Translations under genes and position numbers: made by a program | Shown: in pieces, positions 43,876-56,484 of the stretch | Layout: every line of letters begins with the position of its first letter | How positions within the stretch are numbered: position 1 is the stretch's first letter | Assembly: GCF_009914755.1 (NCBI RefSeq) | Contig: NC_060947.1 | Source of the DNA: the human T2T-CHM13v2.0 reference genome, Homo sapiens | Reading direction: 5' to 3' (one strand) | DNA: 64,000 nucleotides | Notes under the pieces: model-generated | The model's database searches: none | Told to the model about the DNA's origin: nothing | Seen by the model: the letters and a program-made list of their open reading frames with translations, nothing else

Positions 43876-44061
43876 TTAAAAAATGTATTTCCATAGGTTT
43901 TTGGGGGAAAGGTGGTATTTGGTTACATGAGGAGTGTACACTAAACCTAAGATGTAGTGGTGCGCACAAATCACCACTACCCTGAGTCCACAAAGTCTAT
44001 TGTATCATTCTTATGCCTTTGCATCCTCATAACTTAGCTCCCACTTATGAATAAGAACATA
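43876..44061 (-). mobile_element. L1PB-like 3' end, internally rearranged, inserted in an L2 3' fragment (~43800-44180)
   Basis: TTCCATAGGTTTTTGGGGGAAAGGTGGTATTTGGTTACATGAG...TTAGCTCCCACTTATGA; TSD TTTAATGTCTT on both sides. Confidence 0.85.
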
Positions 44062-44762
44062 TTTTAATGTCTTAAAATAATTTTCCTTACTAGAATATAA
44101 GCTCCATGAGGAACAGGAATGCAACTATCTTGTTCATTTTGGATTCCCAGTGGCTGAAACTATGATGGTGCGACATTGATTTTTTAAGTACGTAAGATAA
44201 AAAGATGAATTAATCACAAAGTTATGTCTCTAATGGTAGAAATTTCAGACACATCTGTGGATCTTTGTTCTCTGTGGCCTTCCAATCGAAACCGTCTGCC
44301 TAGTTTATGAATTTCTCCAGGTCTGAGCTGACTCACAATGCAGAAGTCAGATGGTGTCCTAACTCCCTTGCATGTCAGGTGTACACCAGATGACCCAATT
44401 TCTAGTGATACTGGACAGCCTACAGGGAGATTTGGTTCCAGAAGTGAATGACTTGCTGGCCGGGTCACTGGGCTCCTGGCTTCTCCTGGGAAGATGTTAG
44501 GCTGAATAGCAGCAACAGAAATGGCATTTCTGCTTTCCAACGGCAAGAGTCAAAGGTGGCAAGCAACCTGCTATTTGTACTATAAAAGCTCCCAAAATGT
44601 GGATGAATTTCTTTTTCAGGCTGCATAAGCTTTAAAACCTAACTTTCTGATACCCCAGGATATTCTCTGAATTTTGCACTCTTGGATAAGAAAATCTTTT
44701 GCTGCCTAAGGTAGTAAGTGTGAATTCTATTTATTGCACCAAAAAAAAAAAAAAAAAAAGAC

Positions 44763-45204
44763 TGCATGTGTTTGTTAGAACTGCCATGTCAGCATATCAC
44801 CATTTGATTGGCTTACTCAACAGAAATTTATTGCCGTACAGTTCTGGAGGCCAGAAGTGTGAGATCAGGAGGGTGCTCTCGCTGAAGGTGTGAGGTCAAG
44901 ATCTGTTCCAGCCTTTTTTCTTAGTTTCTGGTAGTTTCTTAGTGGAATAAATCCACTCTCTGCTTCTGTCTTACTTGACCTTCTCCCTGTGAGTCTTTAT
45001 GTCCAAATGTTTCCTTTTCATAAAGAGACACTGGTCATGTTGGATTAAGGATCCATGTTATTCTGATATGACCTAATCTTAACTTAACTACATCTGCAAT
45101 AACCTTACTACAAAATATGGTTATATTCTAAGGTATTGGGAGGTAGGGTGTGGGAAGGGCTTTGTCATATACATTTTTGAGGGTACATAAGTCAAATCAT
45201 AATA
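44763..45204 (-). mobile_element. MLT1B/C solo LTR
   Basis: CAACAGAAATTTATT...CAGTTCTGGAGGCCAGAAG...ATGACCTAATCTTAAC...ACATCTGCAA. Confidence 0.82.
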
Positions 45205-46860
45205 AAGGCTGATGGACACAGATGCCATGCAGGCTTGTGTGAAAAATCATGGAGATGATAGTTGCTAGTGGCATATCCAGGGACCCCCTCCACTTAGATG
45301 ATAACGTTTCCCTTCTTTACACAAGATTGTTAAATATGGTTTTCTATTCTGTTATGTTCTAACTGTCCACTCCCACCATGAGCAATTTGGTCTGTCCTAG
45401 GTGGTTGTTACAGGCATACTTGATGTCATGATATCTTTCAAGGGCATTCTGCTAGCACAAAAGTGTTGCTGTCAGGGAGTCACTGTGAAGCTGTCCAGAT
45501 TCATGGCAAATATGATGAACGACAATGTCACATGTGTGCTGGAGCCCTTACAAGTGCTTGTAAATCATTGAGTCCTTATTATAATGTGGATTTTCAAGAG
45601 CATTTTCCAGAGATGACTTTTCGAGGTTGAATGTTCCAACCTGTGTCTATTGTTGTTGTTTTTTTTTTTTTTTTTGGAGTTTATAGACTAGTACCATGCA
45701 AACTAGGGTATTCATGGAGTGGCTAAATATATGAGTTTCATGGTGCCCTAGATTCTGATTGTGTGTATTCCTGCAGGTGAATCTCCAGTTTTCTAGGTCT
45801 AAGCACTCATTGTGCATTCCAAAAATAATGCTGTATTAAATGAGCTACCTAGCTGCCCTGCTGATAAATAAGCAAAGCAGCAAAATATGCTCCATTTCAA
45901 TTATATTACCTATGGCTCCAATGGTCATGATCAACGCCTACGTTTCCCAAACTGCCATGTGTATTTCAAACACTAACCCAAATTAACTTTGTGCCACATT
46001 TGTGGATGGCACTGAGCCTTGTCTGAGCCAACACCAGTGTTCCCAGAGTAACTAATCTGCTTCATTAATTTCTGTACAGTGAGAGGGCATAAAAGAGGCA
46101 CACAAGATTTGTTAAAAGTCTCTATACAAAGCTGAACAAGAGACAGAGAATGGGGAAAATGAAGTGATTATGTGGAGATTCTTTGAATTTCTATTGCCAG
46201 GAGCTAAAGGTGGCTGCGAATGCATTAAGGAGGGAGGCTATAAATGAGTCCTTCAGGATTTCTCAAGCATGGACCAATAAAAAGTTTATAGCAGCCCTAC
46301 AACATCGTTCTGTCTTCTTCTTTATTTACTTCATCCAATTTGCCATTTTTATTAAGTTGGCCTCTTTTAGCTCCCTTTAAGGGTCTTAATTACACGTATA
46401 CAGAAATGTCACAGGCAGGGGTTTAAGAAGAGAATGCTATTAAAATGGGATCGCATCATGATTTGGCATTTGCATGCTGGCCACAGGAGTGGAAGTGTTG
46501 GAAAGAGCTCTCAGGACCTGTGGACATTTATACACACTGTTTTTACCGTGTGTGGTGTTAATCTCTGAGCTAACAGCTGGCTGAGGTGATGGTGATATGG
46601 AGCATGCTTGCAAATATCAGAAGTCTAGGCATTTTTTGAAATGGAATGGTCTAACTTGAATTTTCAAGTGTAGCTGCTTTATCTTCATGAAAACCATGTG
46701 CAGTCTCTGAATCATTTTCCTAATTATATAATAGGGGTTTGCCCCTCATCACGAATATTCTGGTCATGTTATTAATATTGTGGCCACAAATATTTTGAAT
46801 CCTAAAACTATGGTCAACTTATGGATTTTTGTTTAATATGTTTTGGTGATTCCTTTAGAG

Positions 46861-47692
46861 CAGGGGATCCCCAACCCCCTGGCCATGGACTGGTACCAGT
46901 CTGTGGCCTGTTGAGAAGTAGACCACGGCCAGGTGCAGTGACTCACACCTGTAATCTCAGCATTTTGGGAGGCCAAGGCAGGCAAATCACTTGAGGTCAG
47001 GAGTTCAAGACCAGCCTGGCCAACATTGCAAGACCCCATCTCTACTAAAAATACAAAAATTAGCCAGGTGTGCTGGCAGGTGCTTGTAATCTCAGCAACT
47101 TGGGAGCCTGAGGTAGGAGAATTCCTTGAACCCAGGAGGTAGAGGTTGCAGTGAGCCAAGATCACGCCACTGCACTCCAACCTGGGCAACAGAGTGAGAC
47201 TCTGTGTCAAAACAAACAAAACAAAACAAAACAAAACAAAAAAAACCAGGCAGCACAGCAGGAGGTGAAAGGCGGACCAGCAAACAAGGCTTCATCTGTA
47301 TTTCCAGCCACTCCCATTGCTCTCATTACCAACTAACTTCCGCCTCCTGCAAGATCAGCAGAGGCATTTGATTCTCATAGGAGTGCAAACCCTATTGTGC
47401 AGTGTGCTCCTTATAAGAATCTAATGCCTAATGATCTGTCACCATCTCCCATCACCCCGAGATGGGACTGTTTAGTTGGCAGAAAACAAACGCAAGGCTC
47501 CCATGGATTCTACATTCTGGAGAGTTGTGTAATTATTTCATTGTGTCACAATAGAATAATAATAAAAATAAAGTACAGAATAAATGTAATGCCCTTGAAT
47601 CATCCCAAAAACATCTCTCCCAACTCCCAGTCCATGGAAGAATAGCCTTCCAAGAAACTGGACCCTGGTGCCAAAAAGGTTGGGGACCACTT
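46861..47692 (+). mobile_element. MER1 (MER1A-like) hAT-Charlie element interrupted by an Alu
   Basis: CAGGGGATCCCCAACCCCC...GCCAAAAAGGTTGGGGACCAC termini; 8 bp TSD CTTTAGAG/TTTTAGAG. Confidence 0.9.
46927..47246 (+). mobile_element. AluS with (AAAAC)n tail
   Basis: Full Alu nested in MER1. Confidence 0.94.
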
Positions 47693-48083
47693 TTTTAGAG
47701 GATTGACTTTTCTCAACCAACTTATACACATGATATCTAGAAATGCTTTCATAGACTTCTTAGGAGGATTTTATGAGCCCTATATGCATTTTCCTCTCAC
47801 TGCTACAACATGCAGCTGGTTACATCCCAACACTAATGATTTGTGTTTAGGATTTTGACAATATCTGAAAAGACAGAATCATTAATGCCATCGTATTTCT
47901 AAAGACAGTACACTACACAAAATGTTTATAAAATGAACATAAATATATTATCCACCATCAAGTCAAAATATCCTAAAAGAAGAACCATAATATGTGTTTA
48001 ACATTAGAAATAAGCACCATATCAAAAATCTGCTGATCTAAGTTTAGTCATGACTTTCTAGCTTATGTAGTTGTTTTTAAAAT

Positions 48084-48319
48084 TAGATAGATAAGAGATA
48101 CACACACATAGATGATAAATAGATATAGATGGATATATAGAGAGATAGATAGAGATAAATGCATAGATGAATGAATGAATAGATAAATACATTCATAGAT
48201 AAATAGAGATGGATAGGTGGATAGATAGATAGATATGGATGGAGAAATAGAAAGATAGAGATGGATGGATAGATAAAATGAATAAGTACATGCAAGATAA
48301 ATGGAGATGGTGGATAGAT

Positions 48320-48356
<37 letters not shown>

Positions 48357-48462
48357 CAGATATGGATGAAAAGATAGAAAAATAAGAGATGGATGGTTGA
48401 TAGAAGACAGATAGATTGATGATAGTTGGATAGATAGATAGATGATTAGATAGGTAGGTGAT
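48084..48462. repeat. Degenerate (GATA/GGAT)n repeat, ~380 bp
   Basis: Purine-rich GATA/GATG/GAAT units; perfect core at ~48321-48355. Confidence 0.93.
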
Positions 48463-48485
48463 AAACACAATAACTGAGTAACTAA

Positions 48486-49445
48486 TGTGGTGAATAGACT
48501 CCAGTGTGGCCTCCATGACCCTACCTCCTGGTATTCACACTCTTGTGTAATCCCCTTACAGTGTGAGTGGGACTTTTTTCTTGCTCTAACCCATACACTG
48601 CCAAATATAATTTGATTAAAATTACCTTCTATGGCAATTCTTTGATTAGATTATCTTTTATGGCAATTATGATGGTGCTGTCCATGAAATATTTGTGTCC
48701 CCTCAAAATTCATATGTTGAGACCTTAACCCCCAAGGTAATGATATTTTGAGTTGGGGCCTTCAGGAGGTGATTAAGCTCCCATGATGGGATTTGTTTCC
48801 TTAGAAGAAGAAGAAGTGACACCAGAGGTTATTCTCCCTGTCTTTGTCTTCCATGGGAGGATGCAGGAAGAAGGTGGACATAAGAGGAAGAGGGAGGCCT
48901 CATCAGGAACTGAATCCTTGATCTTGATCTTGGACTTCCAGCCTCTAGAACTATGAGAAATATGTTTGTTGTTTAAGCCTCTCAGTCTATGCTGTTTGTT
49001 ACAACAGCCCAAGTTGCTTAAGACAGATGAAATAAGACTTCATTGTATTAGTTGACTGACTCTAGAATTTGCCTTTTTTTCTCTTGCTAACTTTGAAGAA
49101 GAAAGACACCATGTTGTGGATAGACATATGGGGAGCTTATGTGGCCTCTGTTCGCTCACAGTGGCCTTCAGCCCACAGCCAGCTCACAGCCAGCTAGAAG
49201 CCACTGCAGGATTTCTTCAGTCCTACAGCTATGAGGAAATAAATTGTGTCATCAACCTCAGTGTGCTTGCAAATGATTCTATCCACAGTCAAGCTTTCAG
49301 ATGAGAATGCACCCCTGGCTAATACTTTATCTGCAACCTTGCAGAAGACCTAGTGACCATGCACCCAGCCTTTGACCCGCAAAAACAGTGAACTGATAAA
49401 TGGAGGTTATTTTAAGATGCTGAATATGTGATGATTTATTATGTA
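48486..49445 (+). mobile_element. MLT1E-like LTR interrupted by a younger MaLR LTR
   Basis: TGTGGTGAATAGACTCC...CCTCCTGGTATTCACAC...; 3' part CAGATGAGAATGCACCCCTGGC...TTTTAAGATGCTGAAT. Confidence 0.8.
48676..49025 (+). mobile_element. MLT1A/MSTD-like solo LTR
   Basis: TGTGTCCCCTCAAAATTCATATGTTGA...TTGGACTTCCAGCCTCTAGAAC...TAAGACA; TSD GATGG/GATGA. Confidence 0.85.
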
Positions 49446-49594
49446 AATTAGACCCATGTTTTGAGTGCAATGTGTTCTCAGTGAACACATTATGTTACCA
49501 GAGGATAAAAAGTCACATGTTCATAGTTGACCCTGTATTTTCTGTATTTATGAATTTTATGAATTTAACCTCATCTTATTTTTTTAAAAATATT

Positions 49595-50098
49595 CCTAAA
49601 TCATTCTATTATAAAGATACGTGCATGTGTATGTTGACTGCAATATTCACAATAGCAAAGACATGGAATCAACCCAAATCTCAATCAATGATAGACTGGA
49701 TTAAAAAAATGTGGTACATATACACCATGGAATACTATGCCATAAAAAGGAAAGAGATTATGTCCTTGGCAGGAACATGGTTGGAGCTGGAAGCCATTAT
49801 CCTCAGCAAACTAATGCAGGAACAGAAAACCAAACACTGCATGTTCTCACTTATAAGTGGGAGCTGAACAATGGGACCATATGGACACATGAAGGGGAAC
49901 AACACACACTGGGACCTGTCAGTCAGGGAGAGAGGAAAGAGACTATCAGGAAGAACAGTTAGTGGGTGCTGGGCTTAATATCTAGGTGATGGGATGATCT
50001 GTGCAGCAAACCACCATGGCACACGTTTACCTATATAACAAATCTGCACATCCCACACATGTACCCCAGAACTTAAAAAAAAGTTGATATTAAAAAAA
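49595..50098 (+). mobile_element. L1PA (PA8-PA12-like) 3' end
   Basis: ORF2 C-terminus (IAKTWNQPK...HCMFSLISGS) plus 3'UTR with GATCTGTGCAGCAAACCACCATGGCAC. Confidence 0.92.
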
Positions 50099-50110
50099 GA
50101 CATGATTTGT

Positions 50111-50384
<274 letters not shown>

Positions 50385-51700
50385 TTAAAAATTTTTTATT
50401 CCTTTAAAAATTTTCTTCTCTTTTCCTTTTTTTGCTAACATGGCAATAAAATATGTGTTTGAAGATGATGTCAACACTTTTTTCAGAATCAAACTGATGT
50501 TGTTTCTTTATTTCTTGCCAACACCACATTACTCAAATTTCTATATATTTTGCTGTTTGAAAGTTCCATTTTCGTGTATTCATTCTTTAATTTCATATTG
50601 TCCTCGGGTGCTATTACCTCATAATGTTTCCTCAAAATTTTAGGATATCTTGTCAATTTCTACAAAATAATAAACATTTTCTTTGGGATTGCATTGCTTT
50701 TGATATAAGATGATGTGTCATTTTTACACTATTGAGTTTTCCTATCTACATATATTCATACTTCTCCATTTATTTCTATTTTCTGCTACTTTTCAACAAT
50801 ATTGGGAGCTTTCTCTTTAAAAGTCTTGTACATTCTTGTTATAATCTTAGCTGATTAAGAAAATATTTTAAACATTAAATGTGCAGACACTAAGAGCTAA
50901 TTTTGCTTCTAATCATTTTTTAAAAGATATAACTCCCCCCAAAATTCCCACTCCTCGCTTCCACCACATATTACTACTTTCCTAATTATTCTCTTTTTTT
51001 TAATATTTTTTAAAAATTTAAAATTATTTATGTATCCTAAAGAAAACATATCTGATTGATTTCAATTCTGGCATATGAAACATATTATCTTCTCCATTTA
51101 TGCACATATGTTTCTGCTGATTGCTTCTTTAGCTCAAATATATGCCTCTGAGATTTGGTCTTGGTAAATATAAACCTATTTGCTCCAATAACTCTGTATA
51201 ATATTCCACTATATGAATAAATAAGAGATATTTTTCTCCATTCCTCCACTGATGTACATTTAAGGTTTTTCCAGTTTTTCCCTATTTAAAAGCTGATTGA
51301 AATGAGCAACTTTGCTCTGCATGAGAAAGGGTTGAGTTGAAAATGGAATTGCTAGTTGAACAACACAGTGAGACAATTCAAAGCATGTGTGTGTTGCTGC
51401 CTTGTAAGGAAGAGGACAATATATAGCTTCCTGGAAATATATCTTCCTACATCTTCCACGAAAGAAATGTAGCTTTCCACATGGACACATATGATCACAC
51501 GAGAACAAATGACTGCATCTTCCTACTATGGATTCAGTGCCAACTCCACACTGTTTTCCAGTTTTTATAATAAATATATTTGGAAAAGGGCTCATAAATG
51601 TTAATTTAAAGGATTTTTCCACTGGAGATCTTATTAATATTCACTAAAAGTCAAATATTCTATTTGGCCAAATTCCTTAAGGCTAGGCATATTCACTTCA

Positions 51701-51996
51701 TTTTTTTTTTCTTTAGAGACAGGGTCTTGCTGTGTTGTGCAGCCCTGAGTCAACTGGTGAGATTATAGCCCACTGCAGCCTCGACTTCTTGGCTTCAAGT
51801 GATCCCCCTGCTTCAGCCTCCAGAGTAGCTGGGATCCAAGGTGCGCACTACCATGCTCAGCTATTTTTTATTTTTTGTAGAGTTAGGGGTCTTGCTATGT
51901 TGCCCGACTATTCTTCAACTCCTGGGCTCAAGTGATCCTTCTGCTTCGGCCTCCCCAAAGTGCTGGGGTTACAGGCATGAGCCACTGCACATGTCC
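51701..51996 (-). mobile_element. AluJ (diverged)
   Basis: Antisense Alu; TSD TCACTT(T)CATTTT. Confidence 0.9.
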
Positions 51997-53210
51997 TCAC
52001 TTTCATTTTATGGCAATGATTAGTAAAGTGCATTTCACATGAAATGTGCCATCCAAATTGGGTATTAATATGAATAGTTTATTTTTTCTATAGAAATCAT
52101 ATTTGGCAAAAAAAGATGTTTTCCATTTTACAAATTATTACATTTTTCTTCATTGTGCCTTTCTGTAAATAGCTAAAAAGGGAATCAACTACAACTTTTG
52201 CTATAGCTATCATGTTTAGCACAATCAGTGGTTTTCTTTACCAGTTTATATGAGTTATAAAATTTATCTACATGGGTCTCTGTTTTATAATTTCCCTCTT
52301 AGTAAAAGAGAAAAATCAGATATTTCTCTGATGACAATGGAAATTCTAAAGATGATGTTTTTAGTGTGTCTTCTATTCTTTCTCAAGCATCATGCTGGAC
52401 ATTCAACAAAATGAATCATTTTGATATTTCAGAAAAAAAGATTCGACGTAACCTACTAAGAAGCTGCCAAATGGATCAAGCACAGTTATTTTCAGGACTA
52501 GCCTTCTGCAAAGAAAATTTTGGTAATAAATGAATAGCACAACTGCATTTCAAATCATTAATCTCAATGTCAGCTTTCAAGAAATGCAAGATATATGAAC
52601 AGTAGCTATGTTGTCATGGGATTTATGCTGTCCACACCACACTGGAGTTTGCAGCCTCTCATCTTCTGTTAACACTACCCACCCCACCATCGTTCACTGT
52701 CAGAATATCCCTGTAGCAGCCACCACAGCCCCAGATGCTTGCCCAAGAAACAATCTTTTTAAGAGGGAGAAAAAGTGGGTGGTGAGTAACTTTTAATTTC
52801 TGCATAAAGATGAAAAGATATATTTTACATCAAAAAGCAAAAAAATTGTCATGACTTTAAGCCAACAATCCTTATATGTGGTTGTGTGTTTATTTATTAG
52901 GGCTGCTGTTCTCTGAATATTGGAACAAGCTATGTTGCCTTGGATGGATAGCAGAAACTTCAGTAAGAATTCATCTGCATCATGGAACGAAAACATTCTG
53001 CTGCCAATAGTCAAGGAGAAATTAGACAGGCATAGTAAACACAGAATTGGCTCAGCTCTTTCCTTTCTTCTAATCTGATTTTGTATTTTTCTCCTGGAAC
53101 ATCAAGCCATAAACTCTTCTCTAATTCTCTTGGGTCAGTTGCTTCAGGGAATGTGGCTTAACGATGCTTTAAGATTAGAAAGAACTTTGAACTTGGATTA
53201 TATTTAAAAG

Positions 53211-53430
53211 TATAAGTGGGAGCTAGAAGAGGAGAACTCATGGACACAAAGAGTGGAACAACAGACACTGGGGTCTACTTGACAGTGGAGGGTAGGGGGA
53301 AGGAGAGAAGCAGAAAAAATAACTAGTGAGTTCTAGGCTTAGTGCCTGAGTGACAAAATAATCTGTACAACAAACCCCGTGACACATAACAAACCTGCAC
53401 ATGCACCCCTGAACCTAAAAGTTTAAAAAA
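53211..53430 (+). mobile_element. Older L1PA 3'UTR end (PA13-16-like)
   Basis: ATAAGTGGGAGCT...AACAGACACTGGGGTCTACTTGA...AACCTGCACATGCACCCCTGAACCTAAAAG. Confidence 0.88.
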
Positions 53431-54096
53431 CTGCAATTTTATTAATCACAAATTATTTATCTTCAATTTTATGAATAGTAACATGCCTTCAACAGCTTGC
53501 TTTCTTTTAATGACACAGCCTTTGAAAGTTATATTTCTATCAGGATGCTGTCCTATTACTCTACATTGAGCAAGTCTTCTTGATTAGACTTCAATGAAAA
53601 GCTCCTTTGTTTTCCCTGAACAGCTCATAAAATATTTCAGGAAAACATACATTGAAGTTGAAGATGTAGTCATTCAGACAAACAGAATTAGTATTTGTGA
53701 ATATGTATGCACAATTATATAAAAAATATAAAAATAAATAATACTACATATATGTGTGTGCATCTATACTCTTAAATATAGGGTCAATTCTGCGACAAGA
53801 ATAAAAAATGAAAACACAAGTAAGTTTTACTTTATTTTTCCTTATTCAAGGTGGCCCTAGATTTATTTTCTCCACAACTGAAATGAAATATTTGTTGATA
53901 TAGATGTTTCTAAATAGAGGCAAATCCCTAGTTACAAATAGACAATGTTAAAGAATTTTTTTAAAAAAAAAGGCTAACTAGATTGTGGGTGTAACCTTCA
54001 TAAATTCACGGTTTAAAATTAGTAACCTTCCAACACTACAAATTACACAAATGCTATCACATAAAAGATGATGTTTTGTGTGAAAGGTTGAGGATC

Positions 54097-54461
54097 TGCT
54101 GTGGTTTAAATGTTTATGTCTTCCCAGATATTCATACGTTAAAGTCTTAACCTCCAAGATGACGATATTAAAACGAGGGGTCTTTGGGAGCTGATGAGGT
54201 CAGGAGGGTGGAGACTTGCGAATAGGATGAGTGCCCTTATAAAAGCGGCCCCTGAGAGTTCCCTTGTCCTTCCACCGTGTGAGGATACAGTGAGAAGCCT
54301 CCATCTCTGTGAATCAGGAAGTGAGTCCAGCAGACACTGAATCAGCCATGCCTTGATCTTGGACTTCCAGCCTCCAGAACTGTGAGCAATAAACATCTGT
54401 TGTTTATAAGTCATGCAGTCTCTATGGTATTGTGCTATAGTAGCCTGAATAGGCTGAGACA
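54097..54461 (+). mobile_element. MST/MLT1A-type MaLR solo LTR
   Basis: TGCTGTGGTTTAAATGTTTATGTC...GGCTGAGACA; perfect 5 bp TSD GGATC. Confidence 0.9.
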
Positions 54462-54903
54462 GGATCTTTCATGGAAGGTATGTATAGGGAGGTCATTTCT
54501 AATTCAAGGGAAAGAAGAACCATCAAACTGAGGAGGTCAGGCATGCTCCAATCAGCTTGAGATGACACATTCCCGTCCTCAGCCACAGGTTACTCAGGTG
54601 CAATTGATCACTTCCTGTGTTGAAGGGTCCTGGGGCATTCAATGATTAGAAATATTCAAGCTCTCCTGGGTTCCTCCAGTGCAGATAGTCAGTGGTGAGG
54701 GAAGGATCTGCCTAGCGTGACAAGCCTTCCTCATGCTCAATGTCAGCCTATGACTTGCAGCCTTGCTCTTGGCTTTATTCCTTACATTGAAAATGTCCTT
54801 GCCTTCTGTGGCAAGACAAACTTCCAAATATTTTAGGAAATCAGAAAAAGGAAAAAATGAAATGAATAACTGATGATTTAACATTAGCAAATGGATCCAT
54901 GTG

Positions 54904-55267
54904 TAATATGGTTTAGCTGTGTCCCTACCCAAATATCCTCTTGAACTGTGGCTCCCATAATTACCATATTTCATGGGAGACACCCGGTGAGATCTAACTG
55001 AATCATGAGGGAGGGTCTTTCCCATGCTGTTCTCGTGATAGTGAATAAGTCTCATGAGATGTGATGATTTCATAAAGGGGAGCTCCCCTGCACACGCTCT
55101 CTTGCCTGCCACCATGTAAGACATGACTTTGCTCTTCATTTGCCCTCTGCTATAATTGTGAGGCCTCCCCAGCCATGGGCAACTGTGAGTCCATTAAACC
55201 TCTTTCCTTTATAAATTACCCAGTCTCGGGTATGTCTTTATTAGCAGCATGAGAATGAACTAATACA
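54904..55267 (+). mobile_element. THE1B solo LTR
   Basis: TAATATGGTTTAGCTGTGTCCC...CCCAGTCTCGGGTATGTCTTTATTAGCAGC...CTAATACA; perfect TSD ATGTG. Confidence 0.93.
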
Positions 55268-56170
55268 ATGTGCCACTTCAAATTTGTATCTGGATCATGA
55301 ATTTTCACCAGATTCCTCCTGTGTCCCCCCAAAATTTTGCATCTAACCTAATTTTTCATTTCCATACATTTTAGCTTGCATGAGTGCTTTTGTAAATTCC
55401 ATGTCAATGAATTCTTCTGTTTTAAAAATTTATATGAATAAAGTTAGGTGAATATGTTTTTCCGCACAAAGACTTCCTGTTCAAATATTCCTTTTTTAAA
55501 AAAATTGGTCCATGTTGATGTGTATAGTGGGTTCTTTCTTTTTCACAGTTGTATGATATCCCATTAAAATAATAATCATGATTTTTTTTGTCTTTTTTGT
55601 GTCCTCATGATTTAGTTTTCCTTTTTGTAAAGTGAAAAGCTGGATTTTAAAAATGTTCAGTTCTGCTCAACAGTCTTTATCTTTAACTAGAAAGCATTCA
55701 CACTGCTTTCATTTACATTGAGTATTATTCTTAAAAAGTTGGAATTTTTTGTCCTCTTATGCTGTGAATTTCTAAATATCTTAATTTTTCTGTTTCTGTT
55801 TTTTTTTTAATTTGAATTGTTTGAAGTTTACTTGTTTTATTATTTCACTGAATTTCCTTGCCCTGACATTCTCATGCTGGAAGTTGTATTATACACCACC
55901 CACCACATACACTTCCCTTATAATGCATCAATTTCTATTATACCCATTCACATGTGTAGGTCAATATTACCTAGAAATTTTACTGTATAATATTTTAATT
56001 AAATAAATAATCATAATATATCAGGTTAATGATTTTATAATTACATTTTACTCTATCCACAGATGTACCACTGTCAATTACAACTAATGACAAGATGTGA
56101 TTTTTGTAAAATGTTTTCTATTCTCACTATATTTATTGTGCTTAAGACTTTGCTAGACAAACCATGGATA

Positions 56171-56484
56171 TTTTGTTTTATTTTATTTTATTTTGTTTGA
56201 GACAGGGTCTTACTCTGTCACCCAGGTTGGAGTGCAAGCATGATCATGGCTCACTGCAGCCTCGACCTCCCAGGCTCAAGTGATCCTCCCACCTCAGCTT
56301 CCCAAGTATCTAGGACTACAGGTGTACACCATCATGCCTTGATAATTTTTTTAAATTTTTTATTTTAGTAGAGATGACGTCTTGCTATGTTGCCCAGGCT
56401 GGTCTCAAACTCCTAGGCTCAAGTAATCTCCCGCTTCATTCCCCAAAATGCTGGGATTACAAGCATGAGCAACTGTGTCCAGCC
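56171..56484 (-). mobile_element. AluJ
   Basis: Antisense Alu with (TTTTA)n tail. Confidence 0.93.

Noticed and set aside
48063-48516. YLSI-rich ORFs of 107-135 aa (also 23180-23431)
   Set aside because: Stop-free frames of (TATC)n repeats.
54639-55139. Longest ORF, 166 aa, minus strand
   Set aside because: Starts inside antisense THE1B and runs into flank; no recognisable domain.
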